Assembly: GCA_963749085.1 (NCBI GenBank)
Contig: CAVVLG010000003.1
Coordinates: 80,235 to 144,234, forward strand
Reading direction: 5' to 3'
From: Candidatus Adlerbacteria bacterium
Lineage (GTDB): Bacteria; Patescibacteriota; Minisyncoccia; Phycocordibacterales; SBAW01
Length of the DNA stretch: 64,000 bases
In this document: positions 42,501 through 51,076 of the stretch, piece after piece
How the letters are laid out: each line of letters opens with the position of its first letter
Position numbering within the stretch: position 1 is the first letter of the stretch
Made by a program: the position numbers and the translations under genes
The notes under the pieces: generated by a model
What the model saw: the letters and a program-made list of their open reading frames with translations, nothing else
What the model was told of the DNA's origin: nothing
Database searches by the model: none

Positions 42501-45172
42501 GTGGTGAAGTCGGGATGTGTCTCCTTTATAGTGTAGAAGCTTGCGAACTTCCTGTCCTGCGGAGCGTTCGCGTTGAAGTACAGAACGCCGCCATTGTAGG
42601 AATAATCGACTTCGGTGGTATTGTCGTCGTTATCACTGGTGAGGGTTTTTGACACCAATAGAAGCGAGAGTGGCAAATTGGGATTATTGCTCGTCTGGGG
42701 CGACGGAACATATGAGATCTGCTCGTTACCACCTTTGGGATAATTAATTTGCGTCAGTACGTCCTGGCGCGAAGCGTTGTTTATTTCATCGACATTGTCC
42801 GGCAACCCATCGCCGTTCCAATCGACATATTCGTTATCTATCTCAGTATCATACTGATTGTATTGAACGATGTAGGAAGGAAGCTGTATTGAACTCGTGG
42901 CCCACCCCGAGCCGGTATTAAGCCACACAATATCGATCCCATTCGAGACCGGCGCATTGCCGTGCACTCCACCGACAATCGGACTGTAATATGATTCGAC
43001 GAGATCCGGCAATCCATCGCCAGTGAGGTCTATAAACCGAAGACCGCGATCAAAGTATTGATGGCTGCCGCTGTTGTAATAATAGGTGGACGTGGCGATG
43101 TTCCAAGGCGAATTGCACGATCCCGCCGGGATCCATCCGGTCCCAGTATTCATACAGACATACGTATTGTTAGCATCCGAATACACCCAATCATCAAGGC
43201 CGTCGCCGTTGATATCAACGAGCTGGGAGTCCGTAACCGTACCACCAGCCGCGTCTGGAAACGGTTCCACTGCCGTAAAATCACCACTGGGGGTCCATGC
43301 GCTGCCGTTGCCCATATAGCTTGTACTCGCCGTAATACCTGAACCTGAAGGCAATGCTTCGACATAACCAGGGTATCCGTTCCCATCGAGATTTCCAAAC
43401 ATACCCGATGTGTAGGTTATGCCCGAGCCGGAATTGTAAAGGCCGAAGGGAGGGATGACCCCGTTTAACGTCGAAGAGGCGAGCACCGTAAAGGTGTAAT
43501 CGCCGTTAGTTCCTGACGTATTTTCGTATAGTGCCGCGCCATCCAGACCCTGATCATTATGCACGACATCCGCATAGCCGTCGCCGCTGACATCAACGAA
43601 TCTCGTGCCGCTTTCAACCGGAGTCTGCGTGCTACCAAGACAGGCCCACGTGTACGAAGGAGGCTCGCTGACGGCCGTGTTGTCTATATATAACTGCCCA
43701 GGACCTCCGCAGGAAGCATAGCCGGATATTGCCGTATCGTTTACGCCATCGCCATGCGATTGGGCTGCGATGTTAGATTGGTTTGCAGCATATCCAAAAT
43801 TATTTTGAAACGTCCATGTCACTGATGTGCTGGCATACTGGAACGTCGTCGCCGGAAGAGTCAGTTGGTTACCGTTGGCATCCTCGCCAGTTTCTTGGAC
43901 GCCAGAGAGAAGCGACCGATACCCATTATTTCCCGTCGTATATGAAAGAACATATTTGCGCACTAAATTGCCATTCACCTTTGCGTCAATCTCTGTGATG
44001 CGATAATTGGTTGTCACTTCAAAGGTCGGCCGGTAATCGATGAACGAGTCGGGACGGGTTGAAGTAGCAAACGTTATACTCATCACGCCCGTGGTTGTTC
44101 CGTTTCCGGTATACGTTATCTGGAAAGGATAAATCTGATCGTCGTTCTTGGCGTAGGTGTATGAGATGTCATTGCCGTTCGTATCCACAACCTGTTCAAG
44201 CATCCAGGTATATATCTGCGTTGAGCTGGCGGCATCAAACTGCTGTGCTTGGGTCGTGGTGCCGTATTCGTAGCGGGTGCCATCCTTGTCATAGGCGGTC
44301 CACGTGTCGTTTGAGAATACGTATTTGACGAAGCTGCCGTCATTGACACGCGCGATATACGTGCTCGAGTTGGAGGATGTGGCTAAAAGGGTTAATTCTC
44401 CGTCTTTAGAGGAGGTAAAATAGTTGTCCGTATAGAGCCTATCAGTACCCGTTTTATTAAGCCTCTGTATGTAGGGGATGGAGAGCGACCAGCCGTATCC
44501 AACCAGACTGTTGTCTTGCAGGTTTTGGCTGTTGTAATTGAGGGAGAAATCGGGCTGTAAGCCGTTGCGGCCGGGCGGAATATCGAGCGGTATGTTTTCC
44601 GTCAACGCGCCGCTCGTCTTGTCCACTTGAGGAGCAATAGTTTGATATGTGAATAGATATGGATTCGTAACTGTCGGTGGAGAACTACCACCGCTAGGAG
44701 GTGGAGGACCCGGAGGTTGGCTTGCTGGAGTGCTGGGAGTCGTTGGGCTGCTAGGGGCGGGCGTCGTTGGGTTACTCGGATTACTACCATTATTCGTATC
44801 ACTGTTATCAGTAGAGCTATTGTCGGTAGGACTTGTATCCACACTGGGCGTCGTGGCGTTATCCGCGCTGGGCGTCGCCTGATCGGATGAATCGCTCGGT
44901 TGTTGCGTCGATGCTCCTAATATATCGCCCAGTGGGGTGACTTTCGGCGTATCGGGCGTAGTATTTGCATCTGTCGATTGATCCGAGGACTGTGAAGAAT
45001 CAAAAGTTGCGGAAGCGTCAGTACCTGAGGAGGTGGAGCTCGGGTCCGTTATTGATGTCTGTGCATCCGCTGAAGGAGTGTCAGTCGCGCTCTGGGCAAA
45101 TATAGTGCTCACCGGAGAGAGCAATAAAGTTGCAAGCGTAAAGCCTGCGATAAGTTTTCTCACCGCCCACAT
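36566..45172 (-). CDS. Large Rhs/YD-repeat protein (SpvB-like N-terminus, FG-GAP repeats, Gly-rich and CBM-like inserts)
   Basis: Signal peptide; IPPGRNGLQP..SLNYNS...GYGWSL; DxNGDGxxD; YTYD repeats; GLDYLNARYYD...NPTTTSDPQG. Confidence 0.95.
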   Translation of the reverse strand: MWAVRKLIAGFTLATLLLSPVSTIFAQSATDTPSADAQTSITDPSSTSSGTDASATFDSSQSSDQSTDANTTPDTPKVTPLGDILGASTQQPSDSSDQATPSADNATTPSVDTSPTDNSSTDNSDTNNGSNPSNPTTPAPSSPTTPSTPASQPPGPPPPSGGSSPPTVTNPYLFTYQTIAPQVDKTSGALTENIPLDIPPGRNGLQPDFSLNYNSQNLQDNSLVGYGWSLSIPYIQRLNKTGTDRLYTDNYFTSSKDGELTLLATSSNSSTYIARVNDGSFVKYVFSNDTWTAYDKDGTRYEYGTTTQAQQFDAASSTQIYTWMLEQVVDTNGNDISYTYAKNDDQIYPFQITYTGNGTTTGVMSITFATSTRPDSFIDYRPTFEVTTNYRITEIDAKVNGNLVRKYVLSYTTGNNGYRSLLSGVQETGEDANGNQLTLPATTFQYASTSVTWTFQNNFGYAANQSNIAAQSHGDGVNDTAISGYASCGGPGQLYIDNTAVSEPPSYTWACLGSTQTPVESGTRFVDVSGDGYADVVHNDQGLDGAALYENTSGTNGDYTFTVLASSTLNGVIPPFGLYNSGSGITYTSGMFGNLDGNGYPGYVEALPSGSGITASTSYMGNGSAWTPSGDFTAVEPFPDAAGGTVTDSQLVDINGDGLDDWVYSDANNTYVCMNTGTGWIPAGSCNSPWNIATSTYYYNSGSHQYFDRGLRFIDLTGDGLPDLVESYYSPIVGGVHGNAPVSNGIDIVWLNTGSGWATSSIQLPSYIVQYNQYDTEIDNEYVDWNGDGLPDNVDEINNASRQDVLTQINYPKGGNEQISYVPSPQTSNNPNLPLSLLLVSKTLTSDNDDNTTEVDYSYNGGVLYFNANAPQDRKFASFYTIKETHPDFTTVTYYNQGNGVTTGDGEQSDSYAQIGRVFREDTETPSGTLLKRTFYDWTTSTTTPSTTASTGYFVFLANQMTQDFDPSGSNHMDHAIQYTYSTTTGDLAQVEDLGQVNGSSNGTYTTISSNDESIKNITYATNASSTLDLQDDIILTNASSTQLSETQYYYDGLPLGSVSLGNQTKEEDWITGSTYASKTKSYNSYGLVASSTDPNGNQTSYSFDSFNYYPATSTNALNQSTSYMYDYGTGNVATTTDPNGLTHVTVYDPVGRVSEKLQPDLNTPSTLDLNTTIAYTDTGFPTYTTTTSYLNSATSTVSYQYFDGLGRTIQTRTEAAPTNTYAVKDDVYGASGLLVDESLQYFASSTSWAAPTTTTALFTSYTYDPLERIASVDNAVGSTTYVYNPWHTMVTDPNGNLKDFWNDAFGNLVNVVEHSTTTTSATTTYAYDLKNNLTEVTDASGNIRNFTYDGLNRQLTAQDLHVATDTTFGTTTYTYDLAGNVTQKVDPNGKTTTYTYDALNRELTEGTGGSGATVIFLTVNPGKGNQTWNVPSNWNSSNNTIQCVGSGGEGAAGVADGGAGGAAGGGGAYAKITNLSLTPGGNITYAIGADATTTSVTTAVGQARETYFNGTASSTASLSCSWGRAGNGTTSSGVGGLTSQSIGSTTYAGGAGGTYAAHAAPTAGGGAGGSNGAGAQGGANTTGGAGPGGGGNGGGTAGNGTGGTGNGANGGNNSSGTGHGNGDSGSGCTAGTNGGGGGGGQNNTPATVGCAGGIGTEFDASHGSSGGGGGGASATGDAVGSAGGNGGTYGGGGGGGGGGGATHVGGAAGTGGQGIIVITYMPASANSVTYKYDSCSNGIGLICIATTTANATIVTTDSYNPLGKPAQEVKQIAGQTYTTSYSYDRQGDQTDIVYPDQSEVLYTLGPQGLVQEIQQREATSSPWRTVVSNVFYSPLGQEATILWGSGATTTDTYDANHLYRLTHKVTLLPDSGAWGTAVGNAMGFITQTFANAASSTGPTPPFASTNLNTDGYWFSNSVTYDDSFEYASSTSWVFNEGSSISSSSIDCTTAFTGACSDKIVVASTSVNYLPQLLQLLRVDPNVNYTLEFSAKASATTTIEATLQQNSGQYLSYGLDVNPTVTPNWKQYSYYFSSTATTTDLNSRLIFSLGAVNSATYWLDDVELIPDSLSTVRNPSFENISDPTGNNYGYGFWTDNGSSEATESTDCTTSTNGSCSANINVLQATSTNWYVQFWQQQALATGTTYILAFDAKSTSQRSADVVLDQNHSPNNQFTPFTPFNLYPNWNHYVITLTPNAGDVDGRFDFDLGTTTGHVWFDNFHFFAEQNTKVTAPPPYFNGIYDSSGTSTASAYEIQVIQRGGSWATPLWDSGEVTLSPQTQNGQRTATSTYAGPTLPSNGTDANKYFWRIRVWDQNNNPSPWSNGNDYFMTPGNRVQDLSYTYDANGNITYLVDASFTKTAKVVDYTYDGLNRLIQASTTPDISSGAPNAGRNTIEQWTYDALGNVLTDASSTLGGTFATTTYLYQGNTGSSYANPDAPTQVGQTTITYDNNGNVTQGLSGFQGAWDWRNRLSISTTTAGTDTYTYDENDNRVRVGTASTTYYYPNDYYNTDSVSMLPTKHIFLNNQDVADITGATGSGIINYNYVDTLNSASVTADSNNHVQEVTDYTPYGSISNHDQLAGYSSLRKYVGQVYDNDTGLDYLNARYYDGSRGQFLSEDPVFLSLGNPNQVGQLLDQSQYQLLADPQQLNAYSYSRDNPTTTSDPQGLGVLEGSINAGYIFGGGVANFDIDTNSWLGQFSYGPTIGPGIGARVSGTYDPNGSLDPAGLYFQVSAGAAAGVGASYSSEAPLTWQDGKFKLKSALPVGNVVPAFGAYAGATDAVLYKASPFSLGFIGNVISQFQSFVGSSPNPSSGSGGSNISQLSGAVINYANTTGANLADPSFAAAVKAINTYNSNLFSSQMSASTPGTK

Positions 45173-45519
45173 TTTTCTTTCCCACAAAAAATGAGGTGCC
45201 CTGCTCATAAAATTTTGCCCTGCCAAAAAACATATACCGGAGACCCAATGGTAACAGGGAAAACGAAACAGCAAGGAAATCTCTCCGGATTTTTATTTCA
45301 CCACTGAACTATTTTCCTGTTATTAAGCCACACATGAGACTAGGTGCGCAAATCTCGGCAAAGCGACATATGAAGTTTTTATGCAAACAAGTTTTCATAT
45401 CTCGGATTTCCGAACAGAGCAAAATAATAGTGCTTGATAATTTTCAAATCTGACGCGTTTATTAAAAAATTATCCACAGATCGCTATTACAAGTTACCAA
45501 CTAGGGGACCGGAATGGGG

Positions 45520-45585
45520 TCTGGACTCACAGCGGGTGTTGCGTCATTCATTGACCTTGCAGATTAGCAAGTAACCACAAGGTAT
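45520..45585 (+). promoter_or_regulatory. Conserved LSR leader, copy 2
   Basis: Same blocks and spacing as 26753-26815. Confidence 0.7.
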
Positions 45586-46923
45586 ATGAATATGACGTTT
45601 GAGGGTACCGCAGGGGTATTAGGGACAAAGCCGGAAATTAAGGAGACAGTGCGGGTGTGCTACTGCCTGTATGCTCGGAAGTCGACCGAACAAGACGAGG
45701 TGCAAGCGCTCTCTATCGAGTCGCAGGTCAAGGAGATGACTGCGCTCGCCACGCGGGACGGCTTGGAGATCGTTGAAATAAAACGGGAGTCGCACTCGGC
45801 GAAGGAGACCAATCAGCGGCCAGTCTTCAACGAGATGCTCGAGGAGATACGAGTGGGTACATATAATGGAATACTGACATGGGCAGCGGATCGCATCAGC
45901 AGAAACGCCGGGGACTTGGGCAAGGTCGTAGACCTCATGGATGCAGGGCTGCTCCATGGCATACAAACGTACAGTCAGAAATTCTCGAATAATCCGAACG
46001 AGAAATTCTTGTTGATGATCCTGTGCAGCCAGGCGAAGCTCGAAAACGACAACAAGCGGATTAACGTAAAGAGGGGCCTGCGCGCTCGGGCGGAGATGGG
46101 TATGCTGCCGGGATGGGCACCCATTGGATATCTCAACGACACGCGCAAGGACCACAGGTGCGAATATCTGTTGGACCCGCTTCGAGCGCCGGTGGTGAGG
46201 ATGATATTCGAGAAGGTTGCCAAAGAACGCTGGAGCGGGCTTAAGATATACCACTGGCTCAAGGAGGATCTAAAATTCACGACCCGCAGCGGTAAGAACC
46301 TCAATATCAGCACCCTCTATGAGATGTTGAAAAATCCCTTCTACTGCGGAGTGTTCGAGTACCCCCGCAAGAGCGGCAATTGGTACGTGGGCAAGCATGA
46401 GCCCCTCATCACAAGAGAGCTGTTTGAGCAGGTGCGGCAGAAAATCGTCGAGGAGACGGAGCCGCGTAAGCGCTCCAACGAATTCGCCTTTGTCCGCATG
46501 ATGACGTGTGGGGACTGCGGCTCCAGCATCACGGCATTCGAGAAGGATAAATTCATCAAGGGAACTGGGGAGACGCGCACGTACCGCTATTATGCGTGCT
46601 GTCGGTCGAAGGACCGCCATTGCAAGAGCCTCTATGTACGCGAGGACGCTATGATGGAGCAGCTCATCGGCATCATCGACGAGGTGGAAATAGACCAGCT
46701 GGGTGCCCGGCATCTTATCGACAGAGAGATTGTTCGCTTCAACAAACTACAGTCGAAGGTACTTGGCAGCAAGGAAAAAGAGAAGGTGCGCGACATAGAC
46801 GTGCGGCGCTACGCGAAGTACCTGCTTGAGGAAGGGACGACTGAAGAGAAGCGCGAGCTGCTCGGACAGCTGCGCGGCAGGATTGTGCTGAAGGATAAAC
46901 AGATATCAATCGCGAAGGCCTAG
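45586..46923 (+). CDS. Large serine recombinase (paralog of 26816-28147)
   Basis: YARKST, DRISRNAGDLG, CGDCG...YYACC...C. Confidence 0.95.
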   Translation: MNMTFEGTAGVLGTKPEIKETVRVCYCLYARKSTEQDEVQALSIESQVKEMTALATRDGLEIVEIKRESHSAKETNQRPVFNEMLEEIRVGTYNGILTWAADRISRNAGDLGKVVDLMDAGLLHGIQTYSQKFSNNPNEKFLLMILCSQAKLENDNKRINVKRGLRARAEMGMLPGWAPIGYLNDTRKDHRCEYLLDPLRAPVVRMIFEKVAKERWSGLKIYHWLKEDLKFTTRSGKNLNISTLYEMLKNPFYCGVFEYPRKSGNWYVGKHEPLITRELFEQVRQKIVEETEPRKRSNEFAFVRMMTCGDCGSSITAFEKDKFIKGTGETRTYRYYACCRSKDRHCKSLYVREDAMMEQLIGIIDEVEIDQLGARHLIDREIVRFNKLQSKVLGSKEKEKVRDIDVRRYAKYLLEEGTTEEKRELLGQLRGRIVLKDKQISIAKA

Positions 46924-46983
46924 ACAAACGCAAAAGCCGCGACCTGATATCGCGGCTTATGCGTTTCTTACGAGCTTAACGAG

Positions 46984-47051
46984 GGGCGATACCGTACTGA
47001 CTTCGATGGGGGCCGGTATCGGTTCCCTGCGCCACAGCGCTGTGCCCCCGG
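46984..47051 (+). repeat. 68 bp direct repeat, right copy
   Basis: Identical to 33441-33508; last 9 bp overlap the tRNA-Arg 3' end. Confidence 0.95.
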
Positions 47052-47114
47052 CAGGAATTGCACCCACATTGACCCCTTAGGACGGGGCGGTTCTATCTGT
47101 TGAACTACGGGGGC
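47043..47114 (-). tRNA. tRNA-Arg(CCT)
   Basis: GCCCCCG acceptor stem, CCCC-GTCCTAA-GGGG anticodon arm, T-loop TGCAATT. Confidence 0.88.
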
Positions 47115-47140
47115 TATAAACGCCACCACTGTAGCACACG

Positions 47141-47383
47141 TTACGCTTCTACTCCCAATTTATTAGCAAGTTTCTCGCGGTCAAAACCGATCATGATGTC
47201 GCCGCCGACCACAATGACGGGTACGCCGAGCTGACCCGTTAGTTTTATCATCTCTTGTCGTTTTGCTGCGTCGCTTGCGACGTCGTAGGCGGTATACTCG
47301 ATATGTTTTTCGGCGAAAAATTCCTTCGCCATTTGGCAGAAGTGGCAGGTCGGCGTCGAATAAATGGTTATGTGCTTGTCCAT
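47141..47383 (-). CDS. Glutaredoxin/NrdH-like protein
   Basis: YSTPTCHFC, GVPVI, IGFD. Confidence 0.92.
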   Translation of the reverse strand: MDKHITIYSTPTCHFCQMAKEFFAEKHIEYTAYDVASDAAKRQEMIKLTGQLGVPVIVVGGDIMIGFDREKLANKLGVEA

Positions 47384-47446
47384 ACAAATAATAAGTGATT
47401 GGCTGCTAGTAAAAACAGTATATCAAATATATAATCGACTCGCCAC

Positions 47447-47517
47447 GCGGATATGGTTTAGTGGTAGAACAGATGCTTCCCAAGCATCGGGCGGGAGTTC
47501 GATTCTCCCTATCCGCA
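47447..47517 (+). tRNA. tRNA-Gly(CCC)
   Basis: Full cloverleaf, GATGC-TTCCCAA-GCATC. Confidence 0.93.
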
Positions 47518-47575
47518 CATGTTAGTGAGACCGACCTACCAGGCTCAAAGTGCTCAAATATGCTATGATAATTTT

Positions 47576-47767
47576 ATGACCACGGCGGTTAAAAAGGAGT
47601 TAAAAAAGCTGGCCCGTGAGACATTTCGCGAGGTACTACAAGAAGAGCTGATGAAACAGCGCGGTTTGAGCGTGCTTGCTGTTTCTGATAAAGAGCAGCG
47701 GGAAATAAACAAACTCTATAAAAAGCCTTCCGGCCGGGCTGTCCGTACCACGCGCGTTCGTATTTGA
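47576..47767 (+). CDS. Putative antitoxin
   Basis: Small ORF directly upstream of RelE-like gene. Confidence 0.6.
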   Translation: MTTAVKKELKKLARETFREVLQEELMKQRGLSVLAVSDKEQREINKLYKKPSGRAVRTTRVRI

Positions 47768-47776
47768 TTAAACTCT

Positions 47777-48046
47777 GTGGACTGGACAATTTCTCTCTCG
47801 CGTCAGGCCGACAAATTTCTTCAGCAAAGACATCTGCCCGATGAATTTGCTATCGAGCCAGTGAAAAGAGCTATTCGCAAGCTCTCGGGCGAGACAGTCG
47901 CTATCAATTTAAAGAAACTTACGGGCAAATGGGGAGGTTGTTACCGTGCTCGAGTCGGCAAAGTTCGCGTCATTTTTTCAATAGAGTTTGAAGAGCACAG
48001 CGTGCTTATCGAGGTTGTGGACAACCGTAGCAGTGCATATCACTAA
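47777..48046 (+). CDS. RelE/ParE-family toxin
   Basis: SRQADKFL...KKLTG...YRARVGKVRVIF...R..AY. Confidence 0.88.
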   Translation: MDWTISLSRQADKFLQQRHLPDEFAIEPVKRAIRKLSGETVAINLKKLTGKWGGCYRARVGKVRVIFSIEFEEHSVLIEVVDNRSSAYH

Positions 48047-48169
48047 AACGTTCAAGTGACCGAGCGGCTTCGCGATTTATGCAGTAGTGAGTGGCAGAAT
48101 GCAGTTAATATGGTACGCACCACTCGGGCGCTATTCATGTCAGAGTACAAACAACGCAAGCTTGTCTAT

Positions 48170-48562
48170 TTATTTGGTCTCCGTCGAGTTATCTTCTTCA
48201 AATTCGAACCAATCTCCTTTGCCTACTAATGTATCATCTGGTTGTTCAGTGAGGAATCGATCTAAATCCGTGTGAATAGTGGTATTCGGTAAATATAGAG
48301 TCACGATGTTTTTCCAATGGTTGTCACCCTCCCCAAATTTAATGCGCATGTCGCCCATTTGTCCTTTGTGAAGACCCTCAATTAATCCGTCACCACCGTC
48401 TCTGATGATAGAAGAAATTCCCAACTTACCTGCCAAGTCAGCCAATGAATTAAGAGTCGAAAAGTCGGACGACCATTCAGTCTGCAAGACTTGATACTTC
48501 CTCATCTTCTCTGTCGAAGAAGCTGGTTCTTTTGATTCGCCCGATTTAAATTTTTCCATCAT
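48170..48562 (-). CDS. Hypothetical protein
   Basis: 130 aa ORF filling the gap. Confidence 0.6.
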   Translation of the reverse strand: MMEKFKSGESKEPASSTEKMRKYQVLQTEWSSDFSTLNSLADLAGKLGISSIIRDGGDGLIEGLHKGQMGDMRIKFGEGDNHWKNIVTLYLPNTTIHTDLDRFLTEQPDDTLVGKGDWFEFEEDNSTETK

Positions 48563-48733
48563 AAAATAAACTTCAAATGAGTAATGGCTTAAGTATGCGG
48601 GGGGGTAGAAATGTCAAACTCCCTATACACATCCAGACCGAACAGGCTAACTCTGCTATATTGAAAGTCTCAGGAAAACGCTTGCGGGATCTCACCAACA
48701 CAGGGTCGAGACCGAACAGGGGCACTAAGCACT

Positions 48734-49129
48734 CTACAGCCACCCGAACAGTGCTTGATAGAAGTGTATGAGCCAGTTTTGGCCAGGGGCGCTCGTGGGC
48801 GTCGTCGAAGCGGCGCTGGTTACGATTTCAATCTCCCCCTCCCCTGGTTTGGCGACGCCGTAGCGCTCCCGCAGTTGTGTCTCAACCCCAAGAGGGGTAT
48901 TGAGCTCAGCGACCGCACTGCTCACCTGCACCTCCTGTGCTTGAAGCGAGGCAAGTTGTTGTTGAACTTCGGCGTCGCTGGTGGCGGCCTCGGAGAACTT
49001 CTGATACATGCCCCAGGTACCGCGCACGGCGAAAAAAGTCACGAAGAGAAGCGCCAGCAAGGCCCCTGCGCTTATGCACACGCGCAATATTTTTTCTCCT
49101 CGGCCGCGTTGCCTCTTGAAATCGCGCAT
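48734..49129 (-). CDS. ftsB: Septum formation initiator (FtsB/DivIC family)
   Basis: TM, coiled coil, ETQLRERYGVAKPGE. Confidence 0.82.
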   Translation of the reverse strand: MRDFKRQRGRGEKILRVCISAGALLALLFVTFFAVRGTWGMYQKFSEAATSDAEVQQQLASLQAQEVQVSSAVAELNTPLGVETQLRERYGVAKPGEGEIEIVTSAASTTPTSAPGQNWLIHFYQALFGWL

Positions 49130-49159
49130 ATAAATAGTATACTACTAGCCACTAGTACT

Positions 49160-49264
49160 ATGTTTGGAAAGGACCGCCAGAAAATATTGAAAATCGCCGC
49201 CATCGTGGTCGGTGTGGTGATCATCATCTCGATGATCCTCTCCTATTTCGCCCTGGTGATATAA
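49160..49264 (+). CDS. Small single-TM peptide
   Basis: MFGKDRQKILKIAAIVVGVVIIISMILSYFALVI fills the gap. Confidence 0.6.
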   Translation: MFGKDRQKILKIAAIVVGVVIIISMILSYFALVI

Positions 49265-49267
49265 GAG

Positions 49268-51040
49268 TCACTCCGACTTCACCATTCTCAAAAACACTTC
49301 TTCAGGAATGTTGACCCGGCCGCGGCTCAGCATCTTTTTTTTTCCTTTCTTCTGTTTTTCCCTCAATTTCATTTTTCGCGTAATATCTCCCCCGTACATA
49401 TGTTGCGTCACGTCTTTGCTCATGGCGGAGAGCGTGCGCGAGGAGAGAATGCGCCCCAGCGCTTGACCTTGTATTTTGGTTGAAAACATTTGCCGCGGTA
49501 AGATAGTATACAATTTCTCGACCGCCGCGACGGCCTCTTCGTATGCCCGATGCTTTGCCACGATGCGGGTAAACGCGGGAACCAGTTCCTCGGCAACCAG
49601 AATATCGAGCCGCACCACATCTGCTTCGCGCAATTCCCGCATTTCATAGGAAATGGAAGCATAGCCCGAGGAAGCGCTTTTTAATTTATCAAAAAAATTG
49701 CGCATGAGTTCCCGCAACGGCATCAGTGTCTTCACTATGAGGCGCCCTTCAGAGAAGGTTTCGGTAGATTCTACTACTACCTCGTGCTCATACAAAAGCG
49801 GCGTGATAGCACCAAGATATTCCGCCGGAAGGATTATTTCCGTTGCGACAAAAGGCTCCCACACTTTGACGACTTCGCTGAAGTCAGGAAAGAGCGGAGG
49901 CGAGTACACCGTTTTACGCTTTCCCCCCACTACCTCGACTTCATAGGTGATGGTCGGCGTCGTTACGATGAGCCTAAGATTGAACTCACGCCGCAAACGC
50001 TCAGTCACTATCTCAAGGTGGAGCATGCCGAGGAATCCGCAGCGAAATCCCCTGCCTAAAATCCCAGACGATTCCTCCTCAAAGGAGAGCGAGGAGTCGG
50101 AGAGCCTCAACTTCGAGAGCCCCTGGCGCAGGAGGGTAAAATCGTCCTGGCTCTCGGGATATACAGAGGCCCAAACGACCGGCCGCGGCTCGGCATAGCC
50201 CTCAAGCGGCGGGGTTTTGGAACCACGAGCGCGCAGGGTATCGCCTACCCGCGCAAATCCCGGCTCTTTGATGCCAGTGACAATGTAGCCTATGGAGCCA
50301 GCCGATAACCTATCGGTGGGCATGGGTTTGGGAGAGAATATGCCACTCTCAAGTGCCACAAACTTCTTGTCGCTGGCCGCAAATTCCAGGGCGTCGCCTT
50401 TTTGTATGTCGCCGCCGAACATACGCAAATAAATAATAACGCCCTGATGATCGGAATATTGGAAATCGAAGATAAGCGCGCGCGGAGTTTGTAATTCAGA
50501 GGTGGTAGGCGGAGGAACTCTCTCGATAACCGCTTGCAGGAGCGCGTCGACTCCCTCCCCTGTTTTGCCGGAGCATAAAAGAATGTCCTCTTGCGGAATA
50601 TCAAGAAGCGTAGCGACTTGGACTTTCACGTCCTCAACTCGCGCCAGGGGAGAGTCGATTTTCGAAATGGCGGGAACGATGACGAGTCCGAGCTCGCGCG
50701 CGCTGCGCAAGGTAGTTAAGGTCTGCGCCTGAACACCTTGGGTCGAATCGACCAGCAAGATAGCTCCTTCGACCGCCGTGAGCGCACGCGACACTTCATA
50801 GGAGAAATCGATGTGACCCGGCGTATCGATGAGATTGAGTTCGTATCCCTTGTAGGTCATTCGCACCGGCTGCATTTTTATAGTGATGCCGCGCTCCCGT
50901 TCAAGCTCCATTGAGTCGAGCACTTGCTCGCGCATTTTGCGTTTTTCGATGGTATTGGTTATTTCCAAAAACCGATCGGCAAGCGTCGATTTTCCGTGGT
51001 CGATATGGGCGATAATGCTGAAGTTTCTTATGTGCCGCAT
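49268..51040 (-). CDS. lepA: Elongation factor 4
   Basis: IRNFSIIAHIDHGKSTLADR, GFRCGFLGMLH, GGDITRKMKL. Confidence 0.97.
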   Translation of the reverse strand: MRHIRNFSIIAHIDHGKSTLADRFLEITNTIEKRKMREQVLDSMELERERGITIKMQPVRMTYKGYELNLIDTPGHIDFSYEVSRALTAVEGAILLVDSTQGVQAQTLTTLRSARELGLVIVPAISKIDSPLARVEDVKVQVATLLDIPQEDILLCSGKTGEGVDALLQAVIERVPPPTTSELQTPRALIFDFQYSDHQGVIIYLRMFGGDIQKGDALEFAASDKKFVALESGIFSPKPMPTDRLSAGSIGYIVTGIKEPGFARVGDTLRARGSKTPPLEGYAEPRPVVWASVYPESQDDFTLLRQGLSKLRLSDSSLSFEEESSGILGRGFRCGFLGMLHLEIVTERLRREFNLRLIVTTPTITYEVEVVGGKRKTVYSPPLFPDFSEVVKVWEPFVATEIILPAEYLGAITPLLYEHEVVVESTETFSEGRLIVKTLMPLRELMRNFFDKLKSASSGYASISYEMRELREADVVRLDILVAEELVPAFTRIVAKHRAYEEAVAAVEKLYTILPRQMFSTKIQGQALGRILSSRTLSAMSKDVTQHMYGGDITRKMKLREKQKKGKKKMLSRGRVNIPEEVFLRMVKSE

Positions 51041-51076
51041 CAGAGCACTCTACCTTTTTTATTTCCTACCGCCAAC

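Larger units (their letters stand above)
33441..47051. mobile_element. LSR island at the tRNA-Arg 3' end carrying an Rhs locus
   Basis: 68 bp terminal direct repeats including the tRNA 3' end; LSR at the right end. Confidence 0.9.

Noticed and set aside
45421-45480. Replication origin at the DnaA box
   Set aside because: Single box inside an island; no cluster or dnaA nearby
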